Source: Candidatus Norongarragalina meridionalis (lineage in GTDB: Archaea > Micrarchaeota > Micrarchaeia > Norongarragalinales > Norongarragalinaceae). Taken from it: 64,000 nucleotides of DNA. Of this stretch, positions 63,423 through 64,000 are shown one piece after another (within the stretch, counting starts at the first letter, position 1; every line of letters begins with the position of its first letter). The notes under the pieces are model-generated. The model was not told the DNA's origin. It saw only the letters and a program-made list of their open reading frames with translations, and ran no database searches. The stretch is from contig CABMDO010000013.1 in NCBI GenBank assembly GCA_902384935.1, forward strand, positions 4,370-68,369, in the 5' to 3' direction. Both the position numbers and the translations under genes were made by a program.

Positions 63423-63995
63423 TCACCGTTTCCTTCTGTTGCTGATTGCCCAGAATGCGAACAGCGCCGCTCCCAACGCCAGCAAGGGCGTCATCTCGGG
63501 AGTCGCCTTCGGCGGCTGGCCGAAGCGCGTAACTGTTTCGCTCCAAGAGTCGTACGTCTGGCCGTTGATTACGGAGTGCGCCACCAGGCGGTACGTGCCC
63601 GGCGTCTTCGTGTCAACGGTGAATATGTGCTGGCCCGCGTTGCAGCTCTTGTACGAGCCTGCGCCGCTTGCCTGTCCGTCCCTGGTTATGGAAAGCGTCA
63701 TCGCGGGGTCGCATATGCCCGTCCCGTTTACCAGGAGCGACACCGTCGCCTCATAGGTGTTTCCGAGCTGCAATCCCGTGTGCCTTGCCACCTTGAAGTA
63801 AGTTCCCTGGGGCAACGGCGTAGACGGCGCTCCCTCTCCACCGGGCGGCGCAGAAGGCGACGGGCTCGGAGTCGCGAACATGTTCTTGATTATCACGGGC
63901 AGCACCGTCTCCTTTACGAACGAGGCGTCGCCTGTTTCGCAGTTATCGCCGGAACACGCCTCCCATCCGTACGGGTTGTATTCGCCGGGATTCAA
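63423..63995 (-). CDS. Secreted protein with PSPSPS linker and C-terminal TM anchor (possibly truncated at the window edge)
   Basis: C-terminal TM helix and NRRKR tail. The N-terminus lies within 5 nt of the window end. Confidence 0.4.
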   Translation of the reverse strand: MNPGEYNPYGWEACSGDNCETGDASFVKETVLPVIIKNMFATPSPSPSAPPGGEGAPSTPLPQGTYFKVARHTGLQLGNTYEATVSLLVNGTGICDPAMTLSITRDGQASGAGSYKSCNAGQHIFTVDTKTPGTYRLVAHSVINGQTYDSWSETVTRFGQPPKATPEMTPLLALGAALFAFWAISNRRKR

Positions 63996-64000
63996 ACCCG

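Noticed and set aside
1-64000. Searched for rRNA, CRISPR arrays, IS transposases, integrases and Cdc6/ORB origin elements
   Set aside because: None recognised. The only mobile-type elements seen are the LAGLIDADG island and the RelE/ParE module.

Overview
GC-rich (roughly 60% or more by eye) archaeal chromosomal segment. Archaeal markers: eukaryote-like exosome superoperon (psmA-sbds-rrp4-rrp41-rrp42-rpl37ae), csl4, rps17e, rps6e, archaeal pheT, archaeal-type trpS, two-subunit GMP synthase, rtcB, class III (prepilin-like) signal peptides, tRNA genes without encoded CCA, two tRNAs with canonical-position introns, leaderless/short-leader promoters with TATA near -30. Core content: pyrBI, hisS + tRNA-His, a full purM-purS-purL-purQ-purB-purE block, apt, metK (bacterial type), guaA subunits, many secreted or membrane proteins sharing an architecture of signal peptide, Pro/Thr/Ser linker, C-terminal TM helix and basic tail. 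Most unusual items: (1) a tightly packed + strand operon (9330-13550) with an H-domain-only [FeFe]-hydrogenase-like protein carrying all three H-cluster motifs, flanked by secreted and membrane proteins and a small PflA/NrdG-like radical SAM, with no hydE/F/G in the window. (2) an AT-rich island with a free-standing double-motif LAGLIDADG homing endonuclease abutting metK, and metK itself interrupted near codon 20 by a 36-nt AT-rich insertion with an in-frame TGA flanked by 6-bp direct repeats (resembling a homing-endonuclease-associated bypass or immunity insertion). (3) a cluster of six consecutive pilin-like genes. (4) tandem paralogous large secreted proteins with duplicated promoter/RBS. 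(5) a tRNA-Glu with an ~81-nt intron. Many long antisense ORFs in the six-frame track are treated as GC-driven artefacts. All coordinates are hand-derived and may be off by a few nt.
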